In this document: in pieces, positions 13,251 through 26,300 of the stretch
Layout of the letters: every line of letters starts with the position of its first letter
Numbering within the stretch: position 1 is the stretch's first letter
From: Haplodiscus bocki
Taxonomy: Eukaryota
NCBI GenBank assembly: GCA_965655095.1
Contig: OZ296648.1
Span: forward strand, 104,904,001-104,968,000
Direction: 5' to 3'
DNA length: 64,000 nt
Translations under genes and position numbers: made by a program
Notes under the pieces: generated by a model
Database searches by the model: none
The model's input: only the letters and a program-made list of their open reading frames with translations
What the model was told of the DNA's origin: nothing

Positions 13251-13619
13251 CTGCTAGGATGGCCACAGTGTTTTTTTGCAAAAGAAACTTAGCAATTAAA
13301 GTTTAAAAAGGAACTTATCGTGGGGGCTTCCTGAATGTCCTATCAGGAAGGAAAAAGTGAGGAAAATTGCAAATGTTGCCAAGGTTAAGGAAGAAGACTT
13401 CGGCCAAGTGGTGGCGGTCTGGTAATAGTTGCCAAAAGCAAGGAGGGTTGTGCTTGAAATGCGTTCAAAAAAGTTTTCTAGGTGTTTGTGCTTGTTGTCT
13501 TCCTCTTAGGTGTGCAAGACGAAATTTTGTTTTCTTTTTTGTTTTTGTGCTCAGAGGTCGTTCCGAAATTCCATCTTACAGATTTGAAGTATTATCAGTG
13601 ACCTTTTGAGGTAGGGCAG

Positions 13620-14364
13620 TTGGTCACGCGGACACTTCAATTCGAACTGCTCAACCGATTCGGCTCATCAGCCCAAAAAAGGACAATGAGGAACCTATAT
13701 TGAAAACCGAAGGCGCTTGCTTCGAATTTCCCAGAAAAACCCTGTTGAAGATGGACTGAATCAGGTCTTTCGAAGAAGGCGAGTTACTGAGCAGATGTAT
13801 TTGAACCCCTAGCGATGACCAAGAATACCGAACTGAAAAAATATCCAATAAGTATCCCTTCGTTCGAAGTATATCCTGGAGTATTCAAACAGTTCGATTT
13901 TTGAAAAGTTGTTGGTAAGAATCTTAGCGGCTGTCGAGGGATACTTCAGCGATTGTGAAGGTCTACGGTTTCGGAAACCTACAGACTTATAACGAGGGCA
14001 TTCTTACAAATAATATTCGGGCCCTTCAATTGCAATCCGTGTGTGGCTCTTCTGAAACAGCCAACGGCAAAGCGAGCTGGCCACGCGAACAAAAAAACAA
14101 ACCTGGAAACTTGGGTTGTTTTTGCTCGAGAAGCGGTGGAAAAGGGGCTAGTTGTACCACTTCGTACCAAAACCACCGAAAACTGTGTTAATAGAAGCGC
14201 AGAAGGCATAAGATGAAATCAAAGACTTTTATATCCAGTGGGCTTATGAAAAGAAAAAAATAATTGCTTTGGGTGGTGAAGGAAATTTTCCATAGCAAAA
14301 ACAGTGAGCGTAAGTTTTTGTTATAGAAATCAATCCGCTCAAAAAATTTTCGGCTTACGAAGGC
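13620..14364 (+). pseudogene. Possible decayed ORF antisense to Gypsy pol (ORF-A); its 3' ~440 bp forms part of every array unit
   Basis: The + frame reads ...EPLAMTKNTELKKYPISIPSFEVYPGVFKQFDF*KVVGKNLSGCRGILQRL*RSTVSETYRLITRAFLQIIFGPFNCNPCVALLKQPTAKRAGH.... The matching frame stays open for 70-95 codons in many array units (e.g. 19645-19932, 25564-25782). Confidence 0.35.
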
Positions 14365-17300
14365 GTGGCTTCTGAAGCCTGAGTCTATCGGTGTAGCAGA
14401 CTCTCGACAGTTGGAAAAAGAGCCAGGGCTACATCCTATAGGGGAGTGGTACGATGTAATGTGGATTGAAATCGCAAGATCGACATCGTTGTACCATGTT
14501 GTTGATTTTCCAAATGCATTCAGTTTTGAACATCTTTTCAAGGTGTAGTGTGAGCGTTCAACTACTCCCATCGTTTCGGTGAAGCATATGGTTTTATTAT
14601 TTTTTATGCGTCAGTTAGCTCATGTAAACCTATTGCTACAAAACAGACAGCGAAATGAGACATCAAACTATGATTTTTTGGTATATAAATATTTTAGAAA
14701 AACAAAAACTAATGCTCTCGTTACTGTTCTTCTAAGTGCAAATGTTTTCGGCTGCAACAAAAAGTTTTTGCTGGAAGTTATATACACCAGACAAAGAGTG
14801 TTTCACTTTTGAAGATTGCAAAACTCCAACAAAATTAAGTTGCTTCACATCACCAGGAAAAATTGTTCCAATGTGTTGGCTTGTAACAGGGGATGTAGTT
14901 TTTTTTCATGGACACGTGTGACTGGCGAAGACGAGAAGCAGTTTTAACGATAATCTTTTAGATATTCGATGAACCACGGAAAGTGAAATCTTTTCCGGAA
15001 AACTTTCGCTGTGCGAACAATTCCAAGCAGTCTACCAGTCTGTGAAAATTTGCTTCCATAGACAGATTCATGGCATTATCGCTTAGGGTAACAGTTACAT
15101 GTCCAACGCTGTCAAAAAATCATCAAGCACAAATGTTTCTGTGAATCAACAATCCCATTATAAACTTATGGTAGTTTTATGCTCCAAAGAAGGATACATG
15201 AGGTCCTACGTCAATCTGTAATGAAGCCATGCCAAAACATTTCTCGGAATCAATTTTATCGTTCAAACGCAATGTCAAGCGAAGTGGCAGATTGAGTCAA
15301 TTCAAAATGTTTAATTGATCTTCCTTTGGTAACGAAGTATTGGAAGCTTAGTGGCTGCCGAAAGTTACTTCGGCGTGATTTAAAGCCTAGGTTGCCTGAA
15401 ACCAACAACTTCGTAACGGGGCACTGTTACAAAAATTCGTCGGTGGGTTTGAATGCAATCCGTATGTGAAGGTTCTGAAACAGTTGACGGCGAAGCAAGT
15501 CGGTCACCGAAGCAATAAAACCAGGGAACTCGGGTTATGTTTGCCTTAGAAGGGGTGGATATCAAGCTAGATGTACTTCCTCATACCAAAATTTCAAGCA
15601 CTTGTGTTAATACCAGGACAGAAGGCTTAAGATGACCTTCTAGTTTTTGAATCCATTAAACTGGCGCAAAAGCTAATTTTTTTTGGGGTTGCGAAAAGGC
15701 TATCTATAGAAATCATAGTGCGCGTTCGTTTTTGTATTAGAGTTGAACGTTTTCAAAAAAAGTTCAGCCCACTAACAAGTGACTTCTGAAGCATATACCT
15801 TTCAGTACAGGAGAACCTCGACAGTGGCAAAGTGAGCCAGGGCCAACTCAGTAGAGAACTGGTACGATGTATTTTGAATGAAAGTCGCAAGATCGCCATT
15901 TATGTGCCATGTTGTCTTTTTTTGTGTGTAACTCGCTTGAAACGTTTTTGCAAGGCGGAGTGTGACAATTCAACTACTCCCCTTCTTCCAGTGAAGCTTG
16001 TTGTAATTTCATTTTTATCAGATCAGTCAGCTCATGTAAACTTATTGCTACAAAAGAGACAGCGAAATGATACAGTGAACTCTGATTTTGGTATATAATT
16101 GTTAAAAAATACAGAAACTAAAGCTCTCGCTACTGTTCTTCAAAGTGCTTAAGTTTTCAGCACTACCAAATGGTTTTTGCACAAAGACATAAACACCCGA
16201 CAAAAACGTTCCTTTTCTGGAGATTGGAAAGGTCCAACAGAACCATTTTGCTTCGCATCGCCAGGAAAAATTGTTCAGCTGAGTTGGGTTGTAACAAGGG
16301 ATGTAATTGTTTTTCTTGGACACGTGTGACTGGCGAAGACGATAAGCAGTTTTAACGATATTCCTTTAGATGTTCGATGAACCCCGGAAACTGACCAGAA
16401 AACCTTTGCTGTGCGAATAATTCCAAGCAGTTTACCAGTCTGTGAATTTATGCTTCCATTGAGCGATTCTTGACTTTATCGCTAAGGGTAACAGTCACAT
16501 GTCCAACATCGTCAAGAATTTATTACACCAAAATTTTTCTGTGAATTAACAATCCCATTAGATACTTAGGCTAGTTTTTTGCTCAAAAGGAGGTTACACG
16601 AGGTCCTGCTGACACCCGTGTTCAAGCCATGCCAAGAACTAATGTTTTTTTTCGTCCGGATGCAATGTCAAGCGCAGTGGTAGGTTGAGTCAGTTCAAAA
16701 TATTTAAATAACCTTTCCTCTGGAGTGAACTACTGGAACCTTAGTGGCTGCCGAAGGTTACTTCAGCGGGACTTGATGCCTAGGTTGCCAGAAACCAACA
16801 GCTTCATAAAGGGGCACTGTTAAAAGAAACTTTTTCCCGCCCTTGAATGCAACCTGTATATGGCTGTTCCGAAACAGCTGACGGCAAAGCATGTCGGTCA
16901 CGGGAGCAACAAAAACCAGGAAAGTTGGGTTATGTTTGCTTTAGAAGGGGTGGATATCAGGCTAGATCTACTTCCTCATATCAAGATTTCAAGCACTTGT
17001 GTTAGTACCGGCACAGAAGGCTTAAATGACATTATAGTTTTTGAATCCATTAAACTTGCGCAAAAAATTAATTGTTTTGGGTTAAGAAAAAACTATTTAT
17101 ATAAATCATAGTGCGCATTCGTTTTTGTAATGGCCTTCAAAGTCTTCAAAAAAAGTTCGGCCCACTAACAAGTGACTTCTGAAGCATATACTTTTCAGTA
17201 CAGGAGAACCTCGACGGTGGCAAAGTGAGCCAGGGCCAACTCAGCAGAGAACTGGTACGATGTATTTTGAATGAAAGTCGCAAGATCGCCCTTTATGTGC

Positions 17301-20300
17301 CATGTTGTCATTTTCTGTGTGTATCTCGTATGAAACGTTTTTGCAAGGCGGAGTGTGACGATTCAACTGCTCCCCTTGTTCCAGAGAAGCATGCTGTATT
17401 TTCATTTCTAATAGATCAGTTAGCTAATGTAACTTTATTGCTACAAAAGAGACAGCGAAAAGATACAGTGAACTATGATTTTTAGTATATAATTGTTGTA
17501 AAGGTACAAAAACTAACGGTCTCGCTACTGTTCTTCTAAGTGCTCAAGATTTCGGCACTACCAAATGGTTTTTGCACAAAGACATATGCACCAGACAAAG
17601 AATAATTCTTTTGTGGAGATTGGAAATGTCCAACAGAATCAAGTTGCTTCGTATCACCAAAATAAAATCTTCCGAGGAGTTGGATTGTACCTGGAGATGT
17701 AATGGATTTTCATGGACACGTGTGACTGGCGAAGACTATAAGCAGTTTACACGATATTCCCTTAGATATTCGATGATCCCCGGAAAGTAAAATCTTTTAC
17801 GGGAAACTTTCGCTGTGCGAACAATTCTAAGCAATCTAGCAGTCTGTGAGTTTCTTCCTCCATAGAGCGATTCTTGGCCTTATCGCTTAAGGTAACAGTT
17901 ACATGTCCAACATCATCAAAATTTTATCACACCAAAATGTTTCTGTGAATCAACAATCCCATTAGATACTTAGGATAGTTTTTGCTCCAAAGAAAGAAAA
18001 ATGAGGTCCTGCGTATTTCCGTGTTCAAGCCATGCCAACATTTTTCTCGGAACCAAATTTTTTTACGTTCAGACGCAATGTCAGGCGAATTGGTAGATTG
18101 AGTCAATTCAAAGTGTTTAAATGGTCTTCGTTTTGAAGTGAACTATTGGAAGCTTAGAGGCTGCCGAAGGTTACTTCAGCGTAACTTAAAGCCTAGGTTG
18201 CCAGAAACCAACAGCTTCATAACGGGGCATCGTCACAAAAATTATTCGGGCCGCTGAATCCAATCCGTATGTGGCGGTTCTGAAACAGCTGACTGCAAAA
18301 AAGGTCGGTCAAGGGAGCAATAAAAACCAGGAAAGTCTGGTTATGTTTGTTTTAGAATGGGTGAATATAAGGGTAGATGTACTTCCCCATACCAAAACAT
18401 CAGGCACTCGTGTCAAACCAAGGAAAGAAAGCTTAAGATGATATTTTATTTTCTGAAACCATTAAACTTACGCAAAGAAAAAACTAATTGTTGTTCGTTT
18501 GTGAAAATGCTATCTATAGAAATCAATGTGGGCGTTCAGTTAAGTATTAGAGTTCAAAGTCTCCAAAAAAGTTCGGCCCACTAACAAGTGACTTCTGAAG
18601 CATATACCTATCAGTTTAAGAGACTCTCAACAGTGACAAATTGATCCGTGGCTAATCTAGTAGAGAACTGGTTCGATGTCTTTTGAAAAAAAATTGCAAT
18701 ATCGACGTTTATTTGTCTTGTTGTCCATTTTCCATCTGTATCTGATATGAAACGTTGTTGCAAGGCGGAGTGTGACGATTCAACTACTCCCCTTGTTCCA
18801 GTGGAGCATGTTGTAATTTCATTTCTAACAGATCAGTGAGCTCATTTAACCTTATTGCTACAAAAGAGACAGCGAAATGATACAGTGAACTATGAATTTT
18901 TCGGTACATAATTGTTGTAAAAATACAGAAACTAAAGCTCTCGCTACTGTTCTTTTAAGTGCTTAAGTTTTCGGCACTACCAAAAAGATTTTGCACAAAG
19001 ACATAAACACCCGACAAAAACGTTCCTTTTCTGGAGATTGGAAAGGTCCAACAGAACCATTTTGCTTCGCATCGCCAGGAAAAATTGTTCAGCTGAGTTG
19101 GGTTGTAACAGGGGATGTAATTGTTTTTCGGGTACACGTGTGACTGGCGAAGAAGATAAGGAGTTTTAACGATATTCCTTTAGATATTCGATGAACCCCG
19201 GAAATTGACCGGATACCTTTCGCTGTGCGAACACTTCCAAGCAGTCTACCAGTCTGCGAACTTTTTCTCCCCTAGAGCGATTCATGGCATTATCGCTTAA
19301 GGTAAAAGTTACATGTCCGACGTCATCCAAAATTTATCACACCAAAAAGTTTCTGTGAATCAGCAATCCCATTAGATACTTATGGTAGTTTTTTGCTCCC
19401 AAGTAGGATAAATGAGGTCCTGCGTACATCCGTGTTCAAGCCATGCCAACATTTTTCTCGGAACCAAAACTTTTGTTCAGACGCAATGTCTAGCGAAATG
19501 GTAGATTGAGTCAATTCAAATTGTTTCAATGATCTTCTTTTTGGAGTGAACCATTGGAAGCTTAGTGGCTGCCGAACATTACTTCAGCGAGACTTAAAGC
19601 CTAGGTTGCCAGAAACCAACAGCTTCATAAAGGGGCACTGTTAAATGAAACTTTTTCCCGCCCTTGAATGCAACCTGTATATGGCTGTTCCGAAACAGCT
19701 GACGGCAAAGCATGTCGGTCACGGGAGCAACAAAAACCAGGAAAGTTGGGTTATGTTTGCTTTAGAAGGGGTGGATATCAGGCTAGATCTACTTCCTCAT
19801 ATCAAGATTTCAAGCACTTGTGTTAGTACCGGCACAGAAGGCTTAAATGACATTATAGTTTTTGAATCCATTAAACTTGCGCAAAAAATTAATTGTTTTG
19901 GGTTAAGAAAAAACTATTTATATAAATCATAGTGCGCATTCGTTTTTGTAATGGCCTTCAAAGTCTTCAAAAAGAGGTCGGCCCACTAACAGGTGACTTC
20001 TAAAGCAGAAACCTATGAATTGAGAAGGCTTTGGACAGTGGCAAAGTGAGCCTGGGCTAATCTAGTAGAGAACTGGTACGATGTTTTTTGAAAGAAAGTC
20101 GCAATAATGACGTTTATGTGCCATGTTGTGCATTTTCCATCTGCATCTAAAATAAAAAGTTTTTGCAAGGCGGAGTGTGACGATTCAACTAATCCCCTTG
20201 TTCCAGTGAAGCATGTTGTAATTTCATTTCTAACAGATCAGTTAGCTCATGTAACCTTATTGCTACAAGAGACAGCGAGGTCCTGCGTACATCCGTGTTC

Positions 20301-23300
20301 AAGCCATGCCAAGACTAAATTTTTTTTTCGTCCGGATGCAATGTCAAGCGCAGTGGTAGAATGAGTCAGTTCAAAATAATTAAATGACCTTCGTTTTGGA
20401 GTAAACTACTGGAACCTTAGTGGCTGCCGAAGGTTACTTCAGCGAGACTTAATGCCAAGGTTGCCCGAAACCAACAACTTCATAACGAGGTTCTGTTACA
20501 AAAGTTTTCGAGCGGTTTGAAAACTTTCCATATGGGGCTGCTCTGAAAGAGCTGACGGCAAAGCAGGTCGGTCACGGGAGCAACAAAAACCAGGAAAGTT
20601 GGGTTATGTTTGCTTTAGAAGGGGTGGATATCAGGCTTGATGTACTTCCTCATACCAAAATTTCAAGCACTTGTAATAATACCAGGACAGAAGGCTTAAG
20701 ATGACATTATAGTTTTTGAATCCAATAAACTGGCGCAAAAGCTAATTTTTTTTTGGGTTGCGAAAAGGCTACCTATAGAAATCATAGTGCGCGTTCGTTT
20801 TTGTATTAGAGTTGAACGTATTCAAAAAAAGTTCGGCCCACTAACAAGTGACTTCTGAAGCATATACTTTTCAGTACAGGAGAACCTCGACGGTGGCAAA
20901 GTGAGCCAGGGCCAACTCAGCAGAGAACTGGTACGATGTATTTTGAATGAAAGTCGCAAGATCGCCCTTTATGTGCCATGTTGTCATTTTCTGTGTGTAT
21001 CTCGTATGAAACGTTTTTGCAAGGCGGAGTGTGACGATTCAACTGCTCCCCTTGTTCCAGAGAAGCATGCTGTATTTTCATTTCTAACAGATCAGTTAGC
21101 TAATGTAACTTTATTGCTACAAAAGAGACAGCGAAAAGATACAGTGAACTATGATTTTTAGTATATAATTGTTGTAAAGGTACAAAAACTAACGGTCTCG
21201 CTACTGTTCTTCTAAGTGCTCAAGATTTCGGCACTACCAAATGGTTTTTGCACAAAGACATATGCACCAGACAAAGAATGCTTCTATTCTGGAGATTGGA
21301 AATGTCCAACAGAATCATGTTGCTTCGTATCACCGGAATAAAATCTTCCGAGGAGTTGGGTTGTAACCGGAGATGTAATGGATCTTCATGGACACGTGTG
21401 ACTGGCGAAGAAGATAAGGAGTTTTAACGATATTCCTTTAGATATTCGATGAACCCCGGAAATTGACCGGATACCTTTCGCTGTGCGAACACTTCCAAGC
21501 AGTCTACCAGTCTGCGAACTTTTTCTCCCCTAGAGCGATTCATGGCATTATCGCTTAAGGTAAAAGTTACATGTCCGACGTCATCCAAAATTTATCACAC
21601 CAAAAAGTTTCTGTGAATCAGCAATCCCATTAGATACTTATGGTAGTTTTTTGCTCCCAAGTAGGATAAATGAGGTCCTGCGTACATCCGTGTTCAAGCC
21701 ATGCCAACATTTTTCTCGGAACCAAAACTTTTGTTCAGACGCAATGTCTAGCGAAATGGTAGATTGAGTCAATTCAAATTGTTTCAATGATCTTCTTTTT
21801 GGAGTGAACCATTGGAAGCTTAGTGGCTGCCGAACATTACTTCAGCGAGACTTAAAGCCTAGGTTGCCAGAAACCAACAGCTTCATAAAGGGGCACTGTT
21901 AAATGAAACTTTTTCCCGCCCTTGAATGCAACCTGTATATGGCTGTTCCGAAACAGCTGACGGCAAAGCATGTCGGTCACGGGAGCAACAAAAACCAGGA
22001 AAGTTGGGTTATGTTTGCTTTAGAAGGGGTGGATATCAGGCTAGATCTACTTCCTCATATCAAGATTTCAAGCACTTGTGTTAGTACCGGCACAGAAGGC
22101 TTAAATGACATTATAGTTTTTGAATCCATTAAACTTGCGCAAAAAATTAATTGTTTTGGGTTAAGAAAAAACTATTTATATAAATCATAGTGCGCATTCG
22201 TTTTTGTAATGGCCTTCAAAGTCTTCAAAAAGAGGTCGGCCCACTAACAGGTGACTTCTAAAGCAGAAACCTATGAATTGAGAAGGCTTTGGACAGTGGC
22301 AAAGTGAGCCTGGGCTAATCTAGTAGAGAACTGGTACGATGTTTTTTGAAAGAAAGTCGCAATAATGACGTTTATGTGCCATGTTGTGCATTTTCCATCT
22401 GCATCTAAAATAAAAAGTTTTTGCAAGGCGGAGTGTGACGATTCAACTAATCCCCTTGTTCCAGTGAAGCATGTTGTAATTTCATTTCTAACAGATCAGT
22501 TAGCTCATGTAACCTTATTGCTACAAGAGACAGCGAGGTCCTGCGTACATCCGTGTTCAAGCCATGCCAAGACTAAATTTTTTTTTCGTCCGGATGCAAT
22601 GTCAAGCGCAGTGGTAGAATGAGTCAGTTCAAAATAATTAAATGACCTTCGTTTTGGAGTAAACTACTGGAACCTTAGTGGCTGCCGAAGGTTACTTCAG
22701 CGAGACTTAATGCCAAGGTTGCCCGAAACCAACAACTTCATAACGAGGTTCTGTTACAAAAGTTTTCGAGCGGTTTGAAAACTTTCCATATGGGGCTGCT
22801 CTGAAAGAGCTGACGGCAAAGCAGGTCGGTCACGGGAGCAACAAAAACCAGGAAAGTTGGGTTATGTTTGCTTTAGAAGGGGTGGATATCAGGCTTGATG
22901 TACTTCCTCATACCAAAATTTCAAGCACTTGTAATAATACCAGGACAGAAGGCTTAAGATGACATTATAGTTTTTGAATCCAATAAACTGGCGCAAAAGC
23001 TAATTTTTTTTTGGGTTGCGAAAAGGCTACCTATAGAAATCATAGTGCGCGTTCGTTTTTGTATTAGAGTTGAACGTATTCAAAAAAAGTTCGGCCCACT
23101 AACAAGTGACTTCTGAAGCATATACTTTTCAGTACAGGAGAACCTCGACGGTGGCAAAGTGAGCCAGGGCCAACTCAGCAGAGAACTGGTACGATGTATT
23201 TTGAATGAAAGTCGCAAGATCGCCCTTTATGTGCCATGTTGTCATTTTCTGTGTGTATCTCGTATGAAACGTTTTTGCAAGGCGGAGTGTGACGATTCAA

Positions 23301-26300
23301 CTGCTCCCCTTGTTCCAGAGAAGCATGCTGTATTTTCATTTCTAACAGATCAGTTAGCTAATGTAACTTTATTGCTACAAAAGAGACAGCGAAAAGATAC
23401 AGTGAACTATGATTTTTAGTATATAATTGTTGTAAAGGTACAAAAACTAACGGTCTCGCTACTGTTCTTCTAAGTGCTCAAGATTTCGGCACTACCAAAT
23501 GGTTTTTGCACAAAGACATATGCACCAGACAAAGAATGCTTCTATTCTGGAGATTGGAAATGTCCAACAGAATCATGTTGCTTCGTATCACCGGAATAAA
23601 ATCTTCCGAGGAGTTGGGTTGTAACCGGAGATGTAATGGATCTTCATGGACACGTGTGACTGGCGAAGACGATAAGCAGTTTCATCGATGTTCCCTTAGA
23701 TATTCGATGAACCCCGGAAAGTAAAATCTTTTACGGAAAACTTTCACTGTGCGAACAATTCTAAGCAGTCTACCAGTCTGTGATTTTTTTCCTCCATAGA
23801 GCGATTCATGGCATTATCGCATAAAGTAACAGTTACATGTCCAACAACATCGAAAAATTATCACAACAAAATGCTTCTGTGAATCAACAATCCCAATAGA
23901 TACTTATTGTAGTTTTTTGCTCCAAAGTAGGATAAATGAGGTCCTGCGTACATCCGTGTTGAAGCCATGCCAAGAACTTTCTCGGAATCAAAATTTATTT
24001 CGTTCAGCAATGTTAAGCAAATTGGTAGATTGAGTCAATTCAAATTGTTTGAATGATCTTTTTTCTATAGTAAACTATTGGAAGCTTTGTTGCTGCCGAA
24101 GGTTCATTAAGCGTGACTTAAAGCCTACGTTGCCGGAAACGAACAGCTTCATAATGGTGCACTGTTGCTTAAAAATATTTGGCGCCCTTTCAATGCAACC
24201 CGTATGTGGCTGTTCTGAAACAGCTGACGGCAAAGCAGGTCGGTCATGGGAGAAATAAAGTCCAGGAAAAACGGGTAATGTTTGCTTTAGAAGGAATGGA
24301 TATCAGGCTATACATACTTCCCCATACCAAAGTTTCAGGCACTCGTGTTGATACCAGGACAGGAGGCTTAACATGACATTATAGTTTGTGAATCCATTAA
24401 GTTTACGAAGAGAAGAAATTAATTGTTTTTGTGTTGCAAAAAAAAGCTATCTATAGAAATCAAACTGCGCGTTCAATTTTGTATTAGAGTTGAACGTCTT
24501 CAAAAAACGGTCGGCCCACCAACAAGTGACTTCTGAAGCATGAACTTATCAGTACAGGAGAACCTCGACAGTGCCAAAGTAAGCCGGAGCTAATCCAGTA
24601 GAGAGTTGGTACGATGTGTTTTCAATGAAAGTCGCAACGTCGAGATTTATGTGCCATGTTGTCCATTCTCCATCTGTGTCTAGTTTGAAACGACTCTTCA
24701 AGACGGAGCGTGACCATTCAGCTACTGTCTTTGTTCCAGTGAAGCATGTTGTATTTTCATTTTTAGAGATCTGTCAGCCCTTGTAATTTTATTGCTACAA
24801 AACAGACCTCGAAATGAGACAACAAACTATAATTTTTTGGTATATTAATAATGTAGAAAAACAAGAAGTAAAGCTCTCGCTACTGTTCTCCTAAGTGGTT
24901 AAGGTTTCGGCACTACCAAAAAGTTTTTGCACAAAGACATAAACACCAGACAAAAAATGTTTCTTTTCTGGAGATTGGAAAGGTCCAACAGAACAAATTT
25001 GCTTCATATCACCAGGAAAAAAGGTTCAACTGAGTTGGGTTGTAACAGGGGATGTAATTGTTTTTCGTGTACACGTGTGACTGGCGAAGACGATAAGCAG
25101 TTTTAACGATATTCCTTTAGATGTTCCATGAACCCCGCAAAGTGACCGGAAAACCTTTGCTGTGCGAACACTTCCAAGCTGTCTACCAGTCTGCGAACTT
25201 TTTCTTCCTTAGAGCGATTCATGGCATTATCGCTTAAGGTAAAAGTTACATGTCCGACGTCATCCAAAATTTATCACACCAAACTTTTTCTGTGAATTAA
25301 CAATCCCATTAGATACTTAGGGTAGTTTTTTGCTCAAAAGGAGGATATACGAGGTCCTGCGTACACCCGTGTTCAAGCCCCATGCCAAGAACTAAAGTTT
25401 TTTTCGTCCGGATGCAATGTCAAGCGCAGTGGTAGATTGAGTCAATTCAAAATATTTAAATGACCTTCCTTTTGGGAGTAAACTACTGCAACCTTAGTGG
25501 CTGCTGAAGGTTACTTCAGCGTGACTTGATGCCTAGGTTGCCATAAACCAACAGCTGGATAACGTGGCACTGTTACATAAATTATTCGGGCCGTTTGAAA
25601 GTAATCCGTATGTGGCTGCTCTGAAACAGCTGACGGCAAAGCAGGTCGGTCACGGTAGCAATGAAAACCAGGAAAGTTGGGATATGTTTGCTTTAGAAGG
25701 GGTGGATATCAGGCTTGATGTATTTCCTCATACCAAATATTCAAGCACTTGTGTTAATACCGGGACAGAAGGCTTAACATGACATGATAGTTTTTGAATC
25801 CATTAAACTGGCGCAAAAAAACTATTTTTTTTTGGGTTGCGAAAAGGCTATCTATAGAAATCATAGTACGCGTTCGTTTTTGTAATGGCCTTCAAAGTCT
25901 TCAAAAAGAGGTCGGCCCACTAACAGGTGACTTCTAAAGCAGAAACCTATGAATTGAGAAGGCTTTGGACAGTGGCAAAGTGAGCCAGGGCTATACTAGC
26001 AGAGAACTGGTACGATGGTTTTTGAAAAAAAGTCGCAAAATCGACGTTCATGTGACATGTTGTCCATTTTCCATCTGTATCTAATTCAAAACGTTTTTGC
26101 AAGGCGGAATGTGACAATTCAACTACTCCCCTTGTTCCAGTGAAGCATGCTGTAATTTCATTTCTAAAACATCAGTTAGCTAATGTAACATTTTTGCTAC
26201 AAAAAGACAGCGAAATGATACGGCGAACTATGATTTTTTGGTATATAATTGTTGTAAAAATACAGAAACTAAAGCTCTCGCTACTGTTCTTCAAAGTGCT

